A stretch of 64,000 bases of DNA from Nanobdellati archaeon (GTDB lineage Archaea > EX4484-52 > GLR71). Numbering within the stretch: position 1 is the first letter of the stretch; each line of letters opens with the position of its first letter. The position numbers and the translations under genes are program-made. This document shows positions 1 to 10,619 of this stretch, one piece after another. The notes under the pieces are model-generated. The model did no database searches, was not told the DNA's origin, and saw nothing but the letters and a program-made list of their open reading frames with translations. The stretch is from NCBI GenBank assembly GCA_019429005.1, contig JAHYJR010000001.1, forward strand, positions 136,663-200,662. The letters run 5' to 3'.

Positions 1-111
1 ATCAGAAATATTCTTGATTCGCTTAATAATGACGAACTAGACACCTTTTTCAAGATGCTTTCAGAAAGTAAAGAATCGCTCGAAGATGTAGGGGATATGG
101 ATTTTTTGTGA
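1..111 (+). CDS. 3' end of a gene entering from outside the window (IRNILDSLNNDELDTFFKMLSESKESLEDVGDMDFL*), possibly a geranylgeranyl-reductase-like oxidoreductase C-terminus
   Basis: Frame 1 is open from base 1 to TGA at 109-111. The GDMDF ending only loosely resembles archaeal FAD-dependent reductases. Confidence 0.35.
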   Translation: MRNILDSLNNDELDTFFKMLSESKESLEDVGDMDFL

Positions 112-170
112 GTTAAAAGTTTAACTTGTATATGCAAATCTATTTAAATTATGTTCATTTATATTGAAGA

Positions 171-746
171 ATGGCAGACTATTTTATGACAAAGTTGGAT
201 AAGAATTTATATGAAAGTAAGAATCCTGTTGTGAATTATATTTTTAAAAATAAGATTGATAAAATTTTAGATTTTGCAGGTATTAAAAAAAATCATACTG
301 TTTTAGATTTAGGTAGTGGTGAAGGTTACATCACAAAGATTTTGATGTCAAAATCAAAAGATGTTTATGCAGTTGACATTGATTTTGATAAGGTAAAATT
401 GCTTTCAAAATTGAATCCTAAAAGTTCATATGCAAATGGTTCTGAGTTACCCTTTAAAAATGAGTCTTTTGATGTTATTGTATGTTCAGAAGTTATGGAA
501 CATATAAAAGATCTTGATTATTTTTTAAAAAATGTTAGAAGCGTTCTTAAAAAAAATGGTGTGTTTATTGTGACATTACCACGTGAAAAAATTATAACTT
601 TGGGCAAATTATTATTATTACGTTTTAATGACCATCCTCATTTTCATGAGCTTCCACAAATTGAAATTAAAATAAAAGAGTATTTTGATATTACAGAATC
701 AACAAATACCTTATTTTTTGTGCATAAGGTTATGAAATGCATATAA
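171..746 (+). CDS. Class I SAM-dependent methyltransferase (Methyltransf_11-like)
   Basis: VLDLGSGEG motif I; LPFKNESFDVIVCSEVMEHI; LKKNGVFIVTLP. Confidence 0.9.
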   Translation: MADYFMTKLDKNLYESKNPVVNYIFKNKIDKILDFAGIKKNHTVLDLGSGEGYITKILMSKSKDVYAVDIDFDKVKLLSKLNPKSSYANGSELPFKNESFDVIVCSEVMEHIKDLDYFLKNVRSVLKKNGVFIVTLPREKIITLGKLLLLRFNDHPHFHELPQIEIKIKEYFDITESTNTLFFVHKVMKCI

Positions 747-756
747 GTGATATGTT

Positions 757-2145
757 ATGAAAGTTCTTCTTATAAATCCGGAATGGGTACGAAAAGACAA
801 GAATATTTGGAAATATGTTGCAAGTTGTATGCCTCCTTTAGGTCTGGCTTATATCGCATCGTCTCTCGAAAAAGATAAACATACTGTAAAGATTATTGAT
901 GCAGCAGCATCTAAATTATCGATTAAAGATATCGAAAATAAATTAAAACGTTTTAAGCCTGGTATGGTGGGTATAACAGCAACTACAAGTATAGTTGATA
1001 AGGCTTTATATGTTGCTGAAATATCAAAAAAAGTTTTACCTAAAGCAAAAGTTATAATAGGCGGTGTTCATGCCACAATTGAACAAGAGGGTTTATTAGC
1101 TAATAAAAATGTTGATGTTGTTGTTCGTGGTGAGGGTGAGATTACAATGTCAGAACTTGCCAACAAAACACCATTAAACAAAATTAATGGAATCTCTTAT
1201 CGTAAAGGTAAAACTGTAATACATAATGACAATCGTGAACTTGTTAAAGATCTTGATTCCTTGCCTTTTCCAGCATACCATCTTTTACCAATAGATAAAT
1301 ATCACCCCCCTCTTGGAAATTATAAACGGCTTCCTGCAATAAGTATTATTGCGACTCGTGGATGTCCTGGAAAATGTACATTTTGTTTTAGGGGTATTTT
1401 TGGTAAACGTATACGTTTCAGGTCTCCAAGAAATCTTGTTGACGAAATTAAAATGTTACAGAAAAAATATGGTATTCGTGAAATCTCATTTTATGATGAT
1501 ACTTTTACAGTTTTCAAATCCAAAGTCAAAGAATTTTGCACTTTATTACTTTCCGAAAATGTCGATATAACCTGGTCTTGTATGTCTAGGATTGATTATC
1601 TTGATTTAGAAGTCTTGTCTTTGATGAAAAAAGCTGGTTGTCATCAGATTTGTGTTGGTGTTGAATCAGGAGATGAGAAAATCTTAGCAAACATCAACAA
1701 AGAGATATCTTTAGATAATGTTCAAATTGCAATAAAATTAATACAGAAAGTTGGTATTGATGCAAGGGCAACATTTATGTTTGGAAATCCAGGAGAGACT
1801 GTAGCGTCTATGAAAAAGACAATTGATTTCGCAATTAAACTAAATCCAGATGTTGCTTTATTTAATATTACAACCCCCTATCCTGGAACAGATATGTTTT
1901 ATTGGGCTAAGAAAAATGGTTATTTGAAGACTGAAAATTGGGAAGATTATGATCAGTCGCACCCTGTTATGGAATTACCAACAGTCTCATCAGACGAAGT
2001 TGAACATTATTACAAGATTGCTTTCAGGAAATTTTATTTTAGGCCCAAATATCTTTTGAAACGTGTTATGAAATTACGCTCATTAGACGAGATAAAAATG
2101 AATTTAAAATCATTTCGCGTTATTCTAGACACATTATCTTGGTAA
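757..2145 (+). CDS. Cobalamin-binding radical SAM protein (class B methyltransferase-like)
   Basis: N-terminal B12-binding domain (PPLGLAYIAS, IIGGVHAT, VVRGEGE); TRGCPGKCTFC CxxxCxxC motif; GVESG. Confidence 0.92.
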   Translation: MKVLLINPEWVRKDKNIWKYVASCMPPLGLAYIASSLEKDKHTVKIIDAAASKLSIKDIENKLKRFKPGMVGITATTSIVDKALYVAEISKKVLPKAKVIIGGVHATIEQEGLLANKNVDVVVRGEGEITMSELANKTPLNKINGISYRKGKTVIHNDNRELVKDLDSLPFPAYHLLPIDKYHPPLGNYKRLPAISIIATRGCPGKCTFCFRGIFGKRIRFRSPRNLVDEIKMLQKKYGIREISFYDDTFTVFKSKVKEFCTLLLSENVDITWSCMSRIDYLDLEVLSLMKKAGCHQICVGVESGDEKILANINKEISLDNVQIAIKLIQKVGIDARATFMFGNPGETVASMKKTIDFAIKLNPDVALFNITTPYPGTDMFYWAKKNGYLKTENWEDYDQSHPVMELPTVSSDEVEHYYKIAFRKFYFRPKYLLKRVMKLRSLDEIKMNLKSFRVILDTLSW

Positions 2146-2162
2146 TTTTAAATTTTTTAAGA

Positions 2163-3038
2163 TTACATCTTTTTTCTATTGATGCTATCTAGAATAATCC
2201 CGATTGAGAAAAATTGTATTGATAAGAATATCAATAAACTTGATAATACTGTTGTTGGTATTCTATCAACAATACCTGTATTTAACCAATTTTCAAATAC
2301 AAATCCTCCAAGACCAAGTCCTAGAATTAAAGTTATTGTTGAAATTATCGAAAAGAAAAATAGTGGTCTATAATCTCTAAATAATATAATTATTGTATAT
2401 ATGATTAATGATCCATCTCCAAAAGAACTTAATTTAGATTTACTTTCACCCGGTCTAGATCTGTATTTTACAGGAATTTCAATAATTTTATAATTTGAAA
2501 TAAGGCTTTTAATTGTCATTTCAGTTTCAACTTCAAACCCTTCTGATGTTAATTTAAGTCCTTTAGCAAGTTTTCTGTTAAATATACGATATCCTGATAA
2601 GATATCATTTAATTTTTTGTTAAAGAACAAATTAACAAGTCCTGTAATTATTTTATTTCCAAATATATGTAATCCTTTCAAAGATCCTTTTTCTCGCAAT
2701 TTGAGTCGTGTACCAATGACAAGATCGGCATTTTCATCCTTTAATGTTTTTATGAGTTGTTTGCATACATCTGCAGGGTATGTATCATCGCCATCAACCA
2801 TTACATATATATCAGAATCAATCTTATCAAAGATTTCACGAATTGCACTACCTTTACCTTTGCCTTCCTGCAACATCACCCTTGCTCCCATTTTTTTAGC
2901 AATGTCACAAGTTTTATCTGTGGAATTTCCGTCATATACAACGATTGTACAATCCTTAAGTTCTTTTTTGAAATCAGAAATAACTTTTTTGATTGTGCTC
3001 TCTTCATTGAGGGTTGGGATAACTACAGTTGTTTTCAT
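2163..3038 (-). CDS. GT2 glycosyltransferase, polyprenol-phosphate sugar synthase (DPM1/AglJ-like) with two C-terminal TM helices
   Basis: VVIPTLNEE, YDGNSTD, GKGKG, VDGDDTY, DILSGYR, GFEVETEM; hydrophobic C-terminus. Confidence 0.9.
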   Translation of the reverse strand: MKTTVVIPTLNEESTIKKVISDFKKELKDCTIVVYDGNSTDKTCDIAKKMGARVMLQEGKGKGSAIREIFDKIDSDIYVMVDGDDTYPADVCKQLIKTLKDENADLVIGTRLKLREKGSLKGLHIFGNKIITGLVNLFFNKKLNDILSGYRIFNRKLAKGLKLTSEGFEVETEMTIKSLISNYKIIEIPVKYRSRPGESKSKLSSFGDGSLIIYTIIILFRDYRPLFFFSIISTITLILGLGLGGFVFENWLNTGIVDRIPTTVLSSLLIFLSIQFFSIGIILDSINRKKM

Positions 3039-3080
3039 ATAATCACAAATATATTTGTATAATTTTATTTTAATATTTTT

Positions 3081-4052
3081 TTAGGTTTTTATTATATCTT
3101 TATTTATTTTTAAATTGTTAAACATTAAAAGTATGAATCCTGGAACTGTGCCTAAATAATTTATGAAAAGTATACCTAAAGATAATAGTACTGCAGATTC
3201 TGGTGCAATCAAAATAAATGATAATAAATATATCATTAAAACATCACGAGTTCCAATTCCAGAAATAGATATTGGTATAATCTCAATTAGTACTACTAAG
3301 GGCATAATTGATAAAATCATAATATAACTGATATTTATGTTAAGTCCTTGTGACATAAGATACGTTTGAAAAAATATAATTATCCAGGAACTTAATGTTA
3401 ATATTAATGTTTTTAAAAGTGTAATTTTTTTATTTGAAAGTTTATTGAAAAACGCATAAAATTCGTGAAAATTAATTCGGATTTTATCTTTGTGTTTTTC
3501 GGGTATTAATTTATTGAAAAACGGTTTTAATATTTTTTTAACAATATTTTTTTTGGTGATTGAAATAAGCATAATAAAAAGTATTGTAATTGAAACAAAA
3601 AATAAATTTATAGTAATTTCTGAATTTCCAAATCTATATGCAAAAAATAATGTTCCAAAAATTGCCATTATTATCAGTATAATAATATCTTCAATTCGAT
3701 CAGCAATAATTGTTATTATTGAATGATTTAAAGCTAATTTGCTTGTTTTTTTAAGTTCTAATGCTCTTGTGAAATCACCAAGTCTACCAGGTGTGAATGT
3801 GCCGATAGAATTCCCTATCATAATTCCTTTGATGTAATTAGTGAGACTATCTGTTATATTGTATGTCTCTGTTAAAAGTTTCCATCTTAGGGCTTTAATA
3901 AAAAAAAGGGGTATAAACAATAGAATTATTGGGATAATATAAATCAAATTTATATTTCTGATTTGGTTTAGTATGTTTTCAAGTCCTGTCGCTTGTATTA
4001 TGTATATAAATAGTAATACTCCTAAAAGTCGAAAGTACTTCATATGATTCAT
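3081..4052 (-). CDS. UPF0104 / lysylphosphatidylglycerol-synthase TM-domain membrane protein (putative flippase-like)
   Basis: KALRWKLL, TPGRLGDFTRA, ADRIED, IPISISGIGTRD motifs. ATG at 4052 (MNHMKY) preferred over the track start at 4094. Confidence 0.85.
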   Translation of the reverse strand: MNHMKYFRLLGVLLFIYIIQATGLENILNQIRNINLIYIIPIILLFIPLFFIKALRWKLLTETYNITDSLTNYIKGIMIGNSIGTFTPGRLGDFTRALELKKTSKLALNHSIITIIADRIEDIIILIIMAIFGTLFFAYRFGNSEITINLFFVSITILFIMLISITKKNIVKKILKPFFNKLIPEKHKDKIRINFHEFYAFFNKLSNKKITLLKTLILTLSSWIIIFFQTYLMSQGLNINISYIMILSIMPLVVLIEIIPISISGIGTRDVLMIYLLSFILIAPESAVLLSLGILFINYLGTVPGFILLMFNNLKINKDIIKT

Positions 4053-4073
4053 GTTTAATTCTAGTATCTTATA

Positions 4074-4081
4074 TTTATAAA
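4074..4081. promoter_or_regulatory. Palindromic TATA box (TTTATAAA), candidate bidirectional promoter
   Basis: Lies about 22-24 nt from the divergent ATGs at 4052 (-) and 4105 (+), a spacing consistent with archaeal leaderless transcripts. Confidence 0.5.
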
Positions 4082-4104
4082 TCGTTATGTACAATTATCT
4101 GTAT

Positions 4105-5763
4105 ATGCCTAAAAAAAATAAAGAACTTCTTAAGAAAACAGAAATCAAGAAAACACAATCTGTTAAGAAATCAGATATTAAGAAAACAAAATCTGTAAAG
4201 AAACTAGTTAAATCTAAAAATAAAAAATCTAAATTTAATTACGATAAATTGTTTGATACTAAATTTTATTATGATTTGTTAGTTAAACATAAAGAAATAC
4301 TTTTTTTACTTTTCTTCTTTGGATATATTTATTTTTCTACAATAAGTTCTTATGGCATGTTTATGTGGGATGAGGCAGGGTATGCAAATATTGGAAAATC
4401 TATGTATGAAGATTTTGAGTTTGCACAAAATGGTCAGATTGAAACAGGTAGGAATTATGGTTTCCCTTTATTGATTGCAACATCCTTTTTTATTTTTGGA
4501 GATACAACAGACACTGTTGCAAAAATGTCTGTATTATTTTCAAGTCTTTTAACTATTTTTGTAGTTTATTTTTTTGTAAGGCGTATAATTAATAAGAATA
4601 CAGCAATTTTATCAGCATTCATATTAGGAATATTGCCGTTATTTTGGAGTAATACTGCACATTTATTATCAGAAGTACCATTTACAACCTTTTTCACAAT
4701 TTCAATATTATCTTTTTATCATGGTATTAAATCAGATAAGCGGTATTTATATCTTGCATGGGCTTCATTAGGTTTTTCATATACAATAAGATATAATGCT
4801 ATGTTATTTGGTCCCCCAATAATATTATATATGCTTACATTATTTGTATTGGATTGGAAAAAAACATTTAATCTTGTCAAAACAAAAGAATTTTTATTAT
4901 CACCTTTTTTATTTGTTTTAGTTACAATACCATATTATATTTTGATGTATATGAATGGCGTTGATTTTATTGAACAATTTAAACTTATGTCAGGTGGTCT
5001 AAGTCAATATGCTCTTGTCGTAAGTTCAATACCCTCATCTTTTTTTATTGTTCAATTACCGAATAATTTGACTTTTTTCTTAATGATATTAATGTTAATT
5101 GGTGTTGTATATGTGTTAAAAACAAAAAATGAATTTGGTATTTATTTATTATCACATATACTTATGGCTTTATTATATTTTTCATCTCAAGCATGGAAAG
5201 AATCACGATTCGTTTTATCTCTTACACCACTTTATGCAATCTTGATTGCAATCGCATTTATGAATGTTTTATATCCTATACTTAAAAGGGATATAAAAAG
5301 TAAAAATGTTGTATATTTAATAATGTTTGTTATTTTGTTATTTGCTGCAAAAGGGGCTTATACTAGTGCAATGATGCCTTTGACTTATAGCATCGCAAAT
5401 GGTTACCCTGCACTTTTACAATCATCCGAATTCATTAAAAATAATGTTGGTGAAGATGAAACCTTTATGGCTGTAGGTCCGCAGTATAATTGGTATGCTG
5501 ATAGAATTGTAACTAGTTATGGACGAAATATAACTGACGTTGTATCTATTTTAGAAGCAAATCCAAAAATCCGTTTTATTGTTATAAATAATTATGAAAG
5601 GAGTGTTCCGTCCTTTTTACTTGAGTCTTTTAGTACCATTTTTAATCAAGATGATTTCACATCAGGGTATGTATTTATTTTTGGAGACGAAAAAAATAAA
5701 TTTAGGGATATTGTTATTGAATCTCAATATTATATAGTGAAAGTAAAACCGTTATTAAATTAA
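4105..5763 (+). CDS. GT-C (ArnT/PMT_2-like) membrane glycosyltransferase
   Basis: MWDEAGY acidic motif after first TM; LLSEVP; many TM helices; Lys-rich N-terminal tail. Track start 4087; 4105 preferred. Confidence 0.85.
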   Translation: MPKKNKELLKKTEIKKTQSVKKSDIKKTKSVKKLVKSKNKKSKFNYDKLFDTKFYYDLLVKHKEILFLLFFFGYIYFSTISSYGMFMWDEAGYANIGKSMYEDFEFAQNGQIETGRNYGFPLLIATSFFIFGDTTDTVAKMSVLFSSLLTIFVVYFFVRRIINKNTAILSAFILGILPLFWSNTAHLLSEVPFTTFFTISILSFYHGIKSDKRYLYLAWASLGFSYTIRYNAMLFGPPIILYMLTLFVLDWKKTFNLVKTKEFLLSPFLFVLVTIPYYILMYMNGVDFIEQFKLMSGGLSQYALVVSSIPSSFFIVQLPNNLTFFLMILMLIGVVYVLKTKNEFGIYLLSHILMALLYFSSQAWKESRFVLSLTPLYAILIAIAFMNVLYPILKRDIKSKNVVYLIMFVILLFAAKGAYTSAMMPLTYSIANGYPALLQSSEFIKNNVGEDETFMAVGPQYNWYADRIVTSYGRNITDVVSILEANPKIRFIVINNYERSVPSFLLESFSTIFNQDDFTSGYVFIFGDEKNKFRDIVIESQYYIVKVKPLLN

Positions 5764-5785
5764 GTATACATAGGGATTATAAATT

Positions 5786-6379
5786 ATGAATCGTTTAACA
5801 AGAGGTTATGGTTTTCTTGAAGTTTTTCTTGCAAAAAAGCGTGCAAGTATTGCTAATGATTTAATACCTGATAATATAAGATCTGGTTCGATATTAGATA
5901 TTGGTTGCGGATCTTATCCTTTTTTTTTAAATACTATTAAATTTAATAAGAAATATGGTATTGATAATAGTTTGAAAAAAGATGCTTTGAACACAAAAAA
6001 AATGTTTTTAAAAAAATATAATATTTTAAATAATAAATCGTTACCTTTTGAAGATAATTATTTTGACTGTATAACCTTACTCGCTGTAATTGAACATTTA
6101 GATAATAGTACTTTTTTAAATATTTTAAAAGAATGTAAACGTGTTTTGAAAAAAGACGGTCTTTTAATTATGACAACACCAACTTCTTATGGTCATATTC
6201 TTCTAAATATCATGGCAAAATGTTATTTAGTTTCAAAAGAAGAAATAAATGAACATAAATATGTTTTCACAAAAAACAAATTAGAGTCTTTTTTGATAAA
6301 ATCCGGTTTTGACAAAAACAATATAAATATAAATTATTTTGAATTTATGCTGAATTTTTCTATTTTAGTTAAAAAATGA
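5786..6379 (+). CDS. Class I SAM-dependent methyltransferase
   Basis: ILDIGCGS; LPFEDNYFDCITLLAVIEHL; RVLKKDGLLIMTTP. Confidence 0.9.
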   Translation: MNRLTRGYGFLEVFLAKKRASIANDLIPDNIRSGSILDIGCGSYPFFLNTIKFNKKYGIDNSLKKDALNTKKMFLKKYNILNNKSLPFEDNYFDCITLLAVIEHLDNSTFLNILKECKRVLKKDGLLIMTTPTSYGHILLNIMAKCYLVSKEEINEHKYVFTKNKLESFLIKSGFDKNNININYFEFMLNFSILVKK

Positions 6380-6382
6380 TTT

Positions 6383-7810
6383 TTATTGTCTATATATGAT
6401 AAAAACCGTTTGATTCTTATTTTTTATTTCAGATATTTTTTGATATTTATTATTTATATTGTGATAATATTTTGAATTGAATGTATAATCTTTAGGTGGT
6501 CTAATTGAAGTGTTTTTTAGTTTTATTAGTTTGATATCTTTTCCAAGTATTTTCGGATAATCATAGGCGCCTATTGGTTCTCTTTCAAATTCGGAATAAA
6601 TTGAAAGTATTATATAGTCTGTATTTACTTTTTGATCCGTATTATTTGTTAGAATTGGTATCACATTATATCCTGTTATCATCTTTAGCATATCTGGCAT
6701 ATATTCGGATTGTATTATTGTATTATTATCGAATGTTTGTATCTCATTTGCAAGAATATCAATACCCCAATGTGTATTGTTATCAAGGGTACTAATAGCT
6801 ATTGTTTCTAATGACGTGAACATCATTAAAAGTATAAATAATATTTTTGAAATTTTAGGGGTTATTATTTTTATTTTATTATAACCAATTGTTGCTATTA
6901 TGGCATATATTCCAAAAAGTGGTGCTATAAATCGTACTTCTTTCCACCCTAGACTTGTGAATGCAAAAAGTATAGTTAAAAATGAAATTAATAAATACGT
7001 TTGTTCTTTCTTTTTTTCTTTCAATGTTTGGTATATTCCAATTATAAAAAACAAACTCCAAGGTATAATCGTAAGACGTATCATATAAAAAAGAATACTT
7101 ATGGTATGTGTTTTTGAGACTGTTGAAAATCCATTTAAATAATCCATACCTGTTGATCCTGAAAGAATCCACATTGTGGTAATTATTGTTAAAAAAAGTA
7201 TTATTGTAATAATTATCGGTATTATCATTGATTTTTTTGTAAACATTGATATTTTTTTTTGTGTTAATGCATATAAAAAATATATTGGTATTAGTATAAA
7301 TCCAGTTATTTTTGTTAATATTGAAACTAATGTAAATATACACGTTTTATAAAAATACGATTCTTTTATTTCAACTGTTTTAAAAAAATAAAGTAATGCT
7401 ATTGAACTAAAAGCTAATAAGGGTATATCAACAATAAGACGAGTACTATATCTCCAAAAATAAGGTATAGTTAATAATATTATTGAAGGTGTAAATCCAT
7501 CTTTAATAAGTGTTTTACCCAAAAAGAAAACAGCTATGACAGCAAATATTGAAAATATTAATGGGATAATAAACATTATTGTTAGCATTTTTATATTTAA
7601 TGCCAATAATATTGAAATAAAAAAAGGTATTATAGGACCCCGATGTATTATGCTGTATGGATAATCTAATGATAATATACTTTCTCCTGCAAAGAGATAA
7701 TCATAAGTGTCAGGATAAAAAGAATGTTGTGGATAAAGTATTATATATAAAATTATTGTAATTATAATCAATAAGATTAATTTTTTTTTATCATCATTAT
7801 ATTGTTTCAT
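6383..7810 (-). CDS. GT-C (PMT_2-like) membrane glycosyltransferase, paralog family A
   Basis: YPDTYDY, HRGPIIP, LIVDIP, LTKITG, KEVRF; polytopic membrane protein. Confidence 0.8.
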   Translation of the reverse strand: MKQYNDDKKKLILLIIITIILYIILYPQHSFYPDTYDYLFAGESILSLDYPYSIIHRGPIIPFFISILLALNIKMLTIMFIIPLIFSIFAVIAVFFLGKTLIKDGFTPSIILLTIPYFWRYSTRLIVDIPLLAFSSIALLYFFKTVEIKESYFYKTCIFTLVSILTKITGFILIPIYFLYALTQKKISMFTKKSMIIPIIITIILFLTIITTMWILSGSTGMDYLNGFSTVSKTHTISILFYMIRLTIIPWSLFFIIGIYQTLKEKKKEQTYLLISFLTILFAFTSLGWKEVRFIAPLFGIYAIIATIGYNKIKIITPKISKILFILLMMFTSLETIAISTLDNNTHWGIDILANEIQTFDNNTIIQSEYMPDMLKMITGYNVIPILTNNTDQKVNTDYIILSIYSEFEREPIGAYDYPKILGKDIKLIKLKNTSIRPPKDYTFNSKYYHNINNKYQKISEIKNKNQTVFIIYRQ

Positions 7811-7856
7811 TTTATCTTATAGATCATATAATTTTAAAATAGTTTCTATTATTGGA

Positions 7857-8804
7857 TTATAAACCTTTTGTTATTTTTATGTTTTCTTCTATCCTATCCA
7901 ATTTTTTTGTAAGATAATCTATCACAACACCTATAGAAAAGACCTGTACAGATATCAAAAGCAATAACGTAGTCAATAATGGATAATATCCATGAATTGC
8001 AGGGATACTATAAACATACCATTTTATAGTTTCGATTATTGAAATACTACCAAAATAAAACGCAATAATTGTTAACATAATACTAGGAATCATAATCGCT
8101 TTAGAGATAATTGATGTCTCCTTTATACCAATTGAAATCAAAGCTTTAAACATCTTAAACCCATCAACAACCGGATTTAATTTAGATGTACCCAATCGTT
8201 CTCTATATTCAATAGGTATTTCAACAATATTATATCCGTATTTTGCTGATCGTACTGTCATCTTTGTTTCAAACTCAAGGCTTTTTGCTTTAACATCAAG
8301 TTTATCAAACATATCTTTTCTAAATGCTCTGTATCCTGTTTGACCATCTGTTATGTTTACACAACTTATGTATGTTGTAAGAAATGAAAAGAGTGTATTT
8401 CCTACACGATTAAATAACGGCATGTTATTTATACCATTTAAAAATCTTGAACCTAGTACAAGGTCAGCACCATTGTCAAGTTCTTTAATAAAATTAGTTA
8501 TATATCTTGCAGGGTATGTATAATCCGCGTCAGTAAGGATTATGTAGTCACCTGTTGCGGCATTGATACCTGTTCGAATTCCACCAACTTTACCCTGATT
8601 GATTTTATGTTTAATTACTTTGATATTTTTATGTTCTTTTGATAATTTTAATGATCTTGGATATGTTTTATCGCTTGACCCATCATCAACAATGATTATT
8701 TCAATTGAATCTTTAAACTGTTCAAGTATCTCATTTACAACAGGTTCTATAGCTTCTTCTTCATTGTATGCAGGAATAATTATTGATGCTTTCATAGGTA
8801 TCAT
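7857..8804 (-). CDS. GT2 polyprenol-phosphate sugar synthase-like glycosyltransferase
   Basis: IIIPAYNEE, VDDGSSD, NQGKVGG, TDADYTY, DGQTGYRAF; C-terminal TMs. Confidence 0.9.
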   Translation of the reverse strand: MIPMKASIIIPAYNEEEAIEPVVNEILEQFKDSIEIIIVDDGSSDKTYPRSLKLSKEHKNIKVIKHKINQGKVGGIRTGINAATGDYIILTDADYTYPARYITNFIKELDNGADLVLGSRFLNGINNMPLFNRVGNTLFSFLTTYISCVNITDGQTGYRAFRKDMFDKLDVKAKSLEFETKMTVRSAKYGYNIVEIPIEYRERLGTSKLNPVVDGFKMFKALISIGIKETSIISKAIMIPSIMLTIIAFYFGSISIIETIKWYVYSIPAIHGYYPLLTTLLLLISVQVFSIGVVIDYLTKKLDRIEENIKITKGL

Positions 8805-8845
8805 CTAAATCTTATTTTCTTTTTTTTGTTTATATGCATTACGTT

Positions 8846-9787
8846 TTATTTAAGATTTTCAAAATATTCAATAGTTTTTTTAAGACCAATATTTAATTCA
8901 ATTTTTGGTTCCCAACCCAATAATGCTTTAGCTTTTGTTATATCTGGTTTTCTTCGTGTTGGGTCATCTTCAGGTATTTCTTTAAAGATAATATTGGATT
9001 TAGATCCAATTATTTCTTTAATTTTTTCAGCCGTTTCAAGTATTGTATATTCATCAGGATTTCCAAGATTAACAACTTCTGCAGAAACGTCCGAAAACAT
9101 AAGTTTCATCAAGCCATCTACAAGGTCATCAACATAACAGAAACTTCTAGTCTGTGAACCAGAACCATATACAGTTAAATCTTCATTTTCTAATGCTTGG
9201 TTTATGAAATTTGGCATTACACGTCCATCATTTGCACGCATCCTAGGTCCGTATGTATTAAATATTCTCGCAAGCACAACATTTAAATTATATTCTCGGT
9301 GATATGCCATAGTGATTGCTTCAGCGAACCGTTTTGCTTCGTCATAACAACTTCTAGGACCTATTGGATTAACATTACCGAAATATGTCTCTTTTTGAGG
9401 ATGTTCTAAAGGGTCTCCGTATGTTTCAGAAGTTGATGCAAGTAAAAATCGTGCATTATTATTTTTTGCAATTTCAAGAATATTTTTTGTTCCGATAGAA
9501 CCTGTAAGTAATGTCTCAATAGGTATGTTTTGATAATCAATTGGTGATGCGGGAGATGCAAGGTGGAATATGTAATCAATATCTTCAAGTTCTAGGGGGT
9601 CCTGCACATCATGAATTATATTTTTAAAATTAGGATTATCTTTGTGTTGCGTTAAATTTTGTTTTGAACCTGTAATCAAATTATCTATAGATATAACTTC
9701 ATAATTCAGTTCTAATAGTTTATCAACAAGGTGGGACCCAATAAAACCCGAACCACCTGTAACAATAATTCTTTCCATTTTAATCAC
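8846..9787 (-). CDS. UDP-glucuronate decarboxylase (UDP-xylose synthase) family SDR
   Basis: TGGSGFIG; HLASPASP; ASTSETYGDP; GNVNPIGPRSCYDEAKR; RIFNTYGPRM; DDPTRRKPDI. Confidence 0.9.
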   Translation of the reverse strand: MIKMERIIVTGGSGFIGSHLVDKLLELNYEVISIDNLITGSKQNLTQHKDNPNFKNIIHDVQDPLELEDIDYIFHLASPASPIDYQNIPIETLLTGSIGTKNILEIAKNNNARFLLASTSETYGDPLEHPQKETYFGNVNPIGPRSCYDEAKRFAEAITMAYHREYNLNVVLARIFNTYGPRMRANDGRVMPNFINQALENEDLTVYGSGSQTRSFCYVDDLVDGLMKLMFSDVSAEVVNLGNPDEYTILETAEKIKEIIGSKSNIIFKEIPEDDPTRRKPDITKAKALLGWEPKIELNIGLKKTIEYFENLK

Positions 9788-10614
9788 TTATTTATCTTTT
9801 CAGCAACAGAATTCCATTCTTCTGCTAATTTTGTTATATCCTCTTGAGTCTTATCTTTAAAAAATGCCCATTGTGCTTGAAGATATGTTGCGGGTGAACC
9901 AATATCAAGCCAAGTTCCCGTATGTTTTAGGCCTATAATCTGTTCACCATTATCAATTCCAACCTGCATAGCGTCTGTTAGCTGGACCTCATTATTTCGT
10001 CCTTTAGGTGTTTTTTCAATATATTCAAAGATTTTTTGATCAAGACAGTATATGCCGATTGATGCAAAATATTTTCCATTAAATTCAAATGGTTTTTGTT
10101 CTGTCTCAGTTTGAGGTTTTTCAAATATGTCTGTAACTAGATGTAGGTTGTCTTTAATTTCTTTTAATTTAACAACACCCCATAGTTTAGGATCTTCAAC
10201 TTCGTGTAAAAGTATTGTTGCAAGTGGTCGTTCACTTTTATGGATTTTTATCATATTTTTAAGAATCTGTTTAGGTTCTATTACTGTATCTCCAAGTATA
10301 ACCATAAGTCCGAGCGTAGGGTCTCTAATCTTATTTTTACAGCAAAGAATTGCATGTCCAAGACCGCCCATTTCTGTTTGATATACAAAGTCAATATCTA
10401 TATTATGTAAATGACCATCTTTTACAAAATCCATAAGTGTTCCTTTCTTATGTCCTGTGATAATCAAACTCCTATCAATTCCACAAGCATTCATAGATTC
10501 TAATCCATGTTCAATAAGTGTTTTAGAACCACACATAAGAAGTTCTTTTGGTATTGCATCTGTAATAGGCCGTAGTCTTGTACCTTTTCCAGCCGCAGGG
10601 ATAATTCCTATCAT
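9784..10614 (-). CDS. Sugar-1-phosphate nucleotidyltransferase (RmlA/GalU/AglF-like)
   Basis: AAGKGTRLRPITDAIPKEL; GLGHAI; LGDT; FEKP; EVQLTDA; WLDIG. Confidence 0.9.
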   Translation of the reverse strand: MIGIIPAAGKGTRLRPITDAIPKELLMCGSKTLIEHGLESMNACGIDRSLIITGHKKGTLMDFVKDGHLHNIDIDFVYQTEMGGLGHAILCCKNKIRDPTLGLMVILGDTVIEPKQILKNMIKIHKSERPLATILLHEVEDPKLWGVVKLKEIKDNLHLVTDIFEKPQTETEQKPFEFNGKYFASIGIYCLDQKIFEYIEKTPKGRNNEVQLTDAMQVGIDNGEQIIGLKHTGTWLDIGSPATYLQAQWAFFKDKTQEDITKLAEEWNSVAEKINK

Positions 10615-10619
10615 AATAA

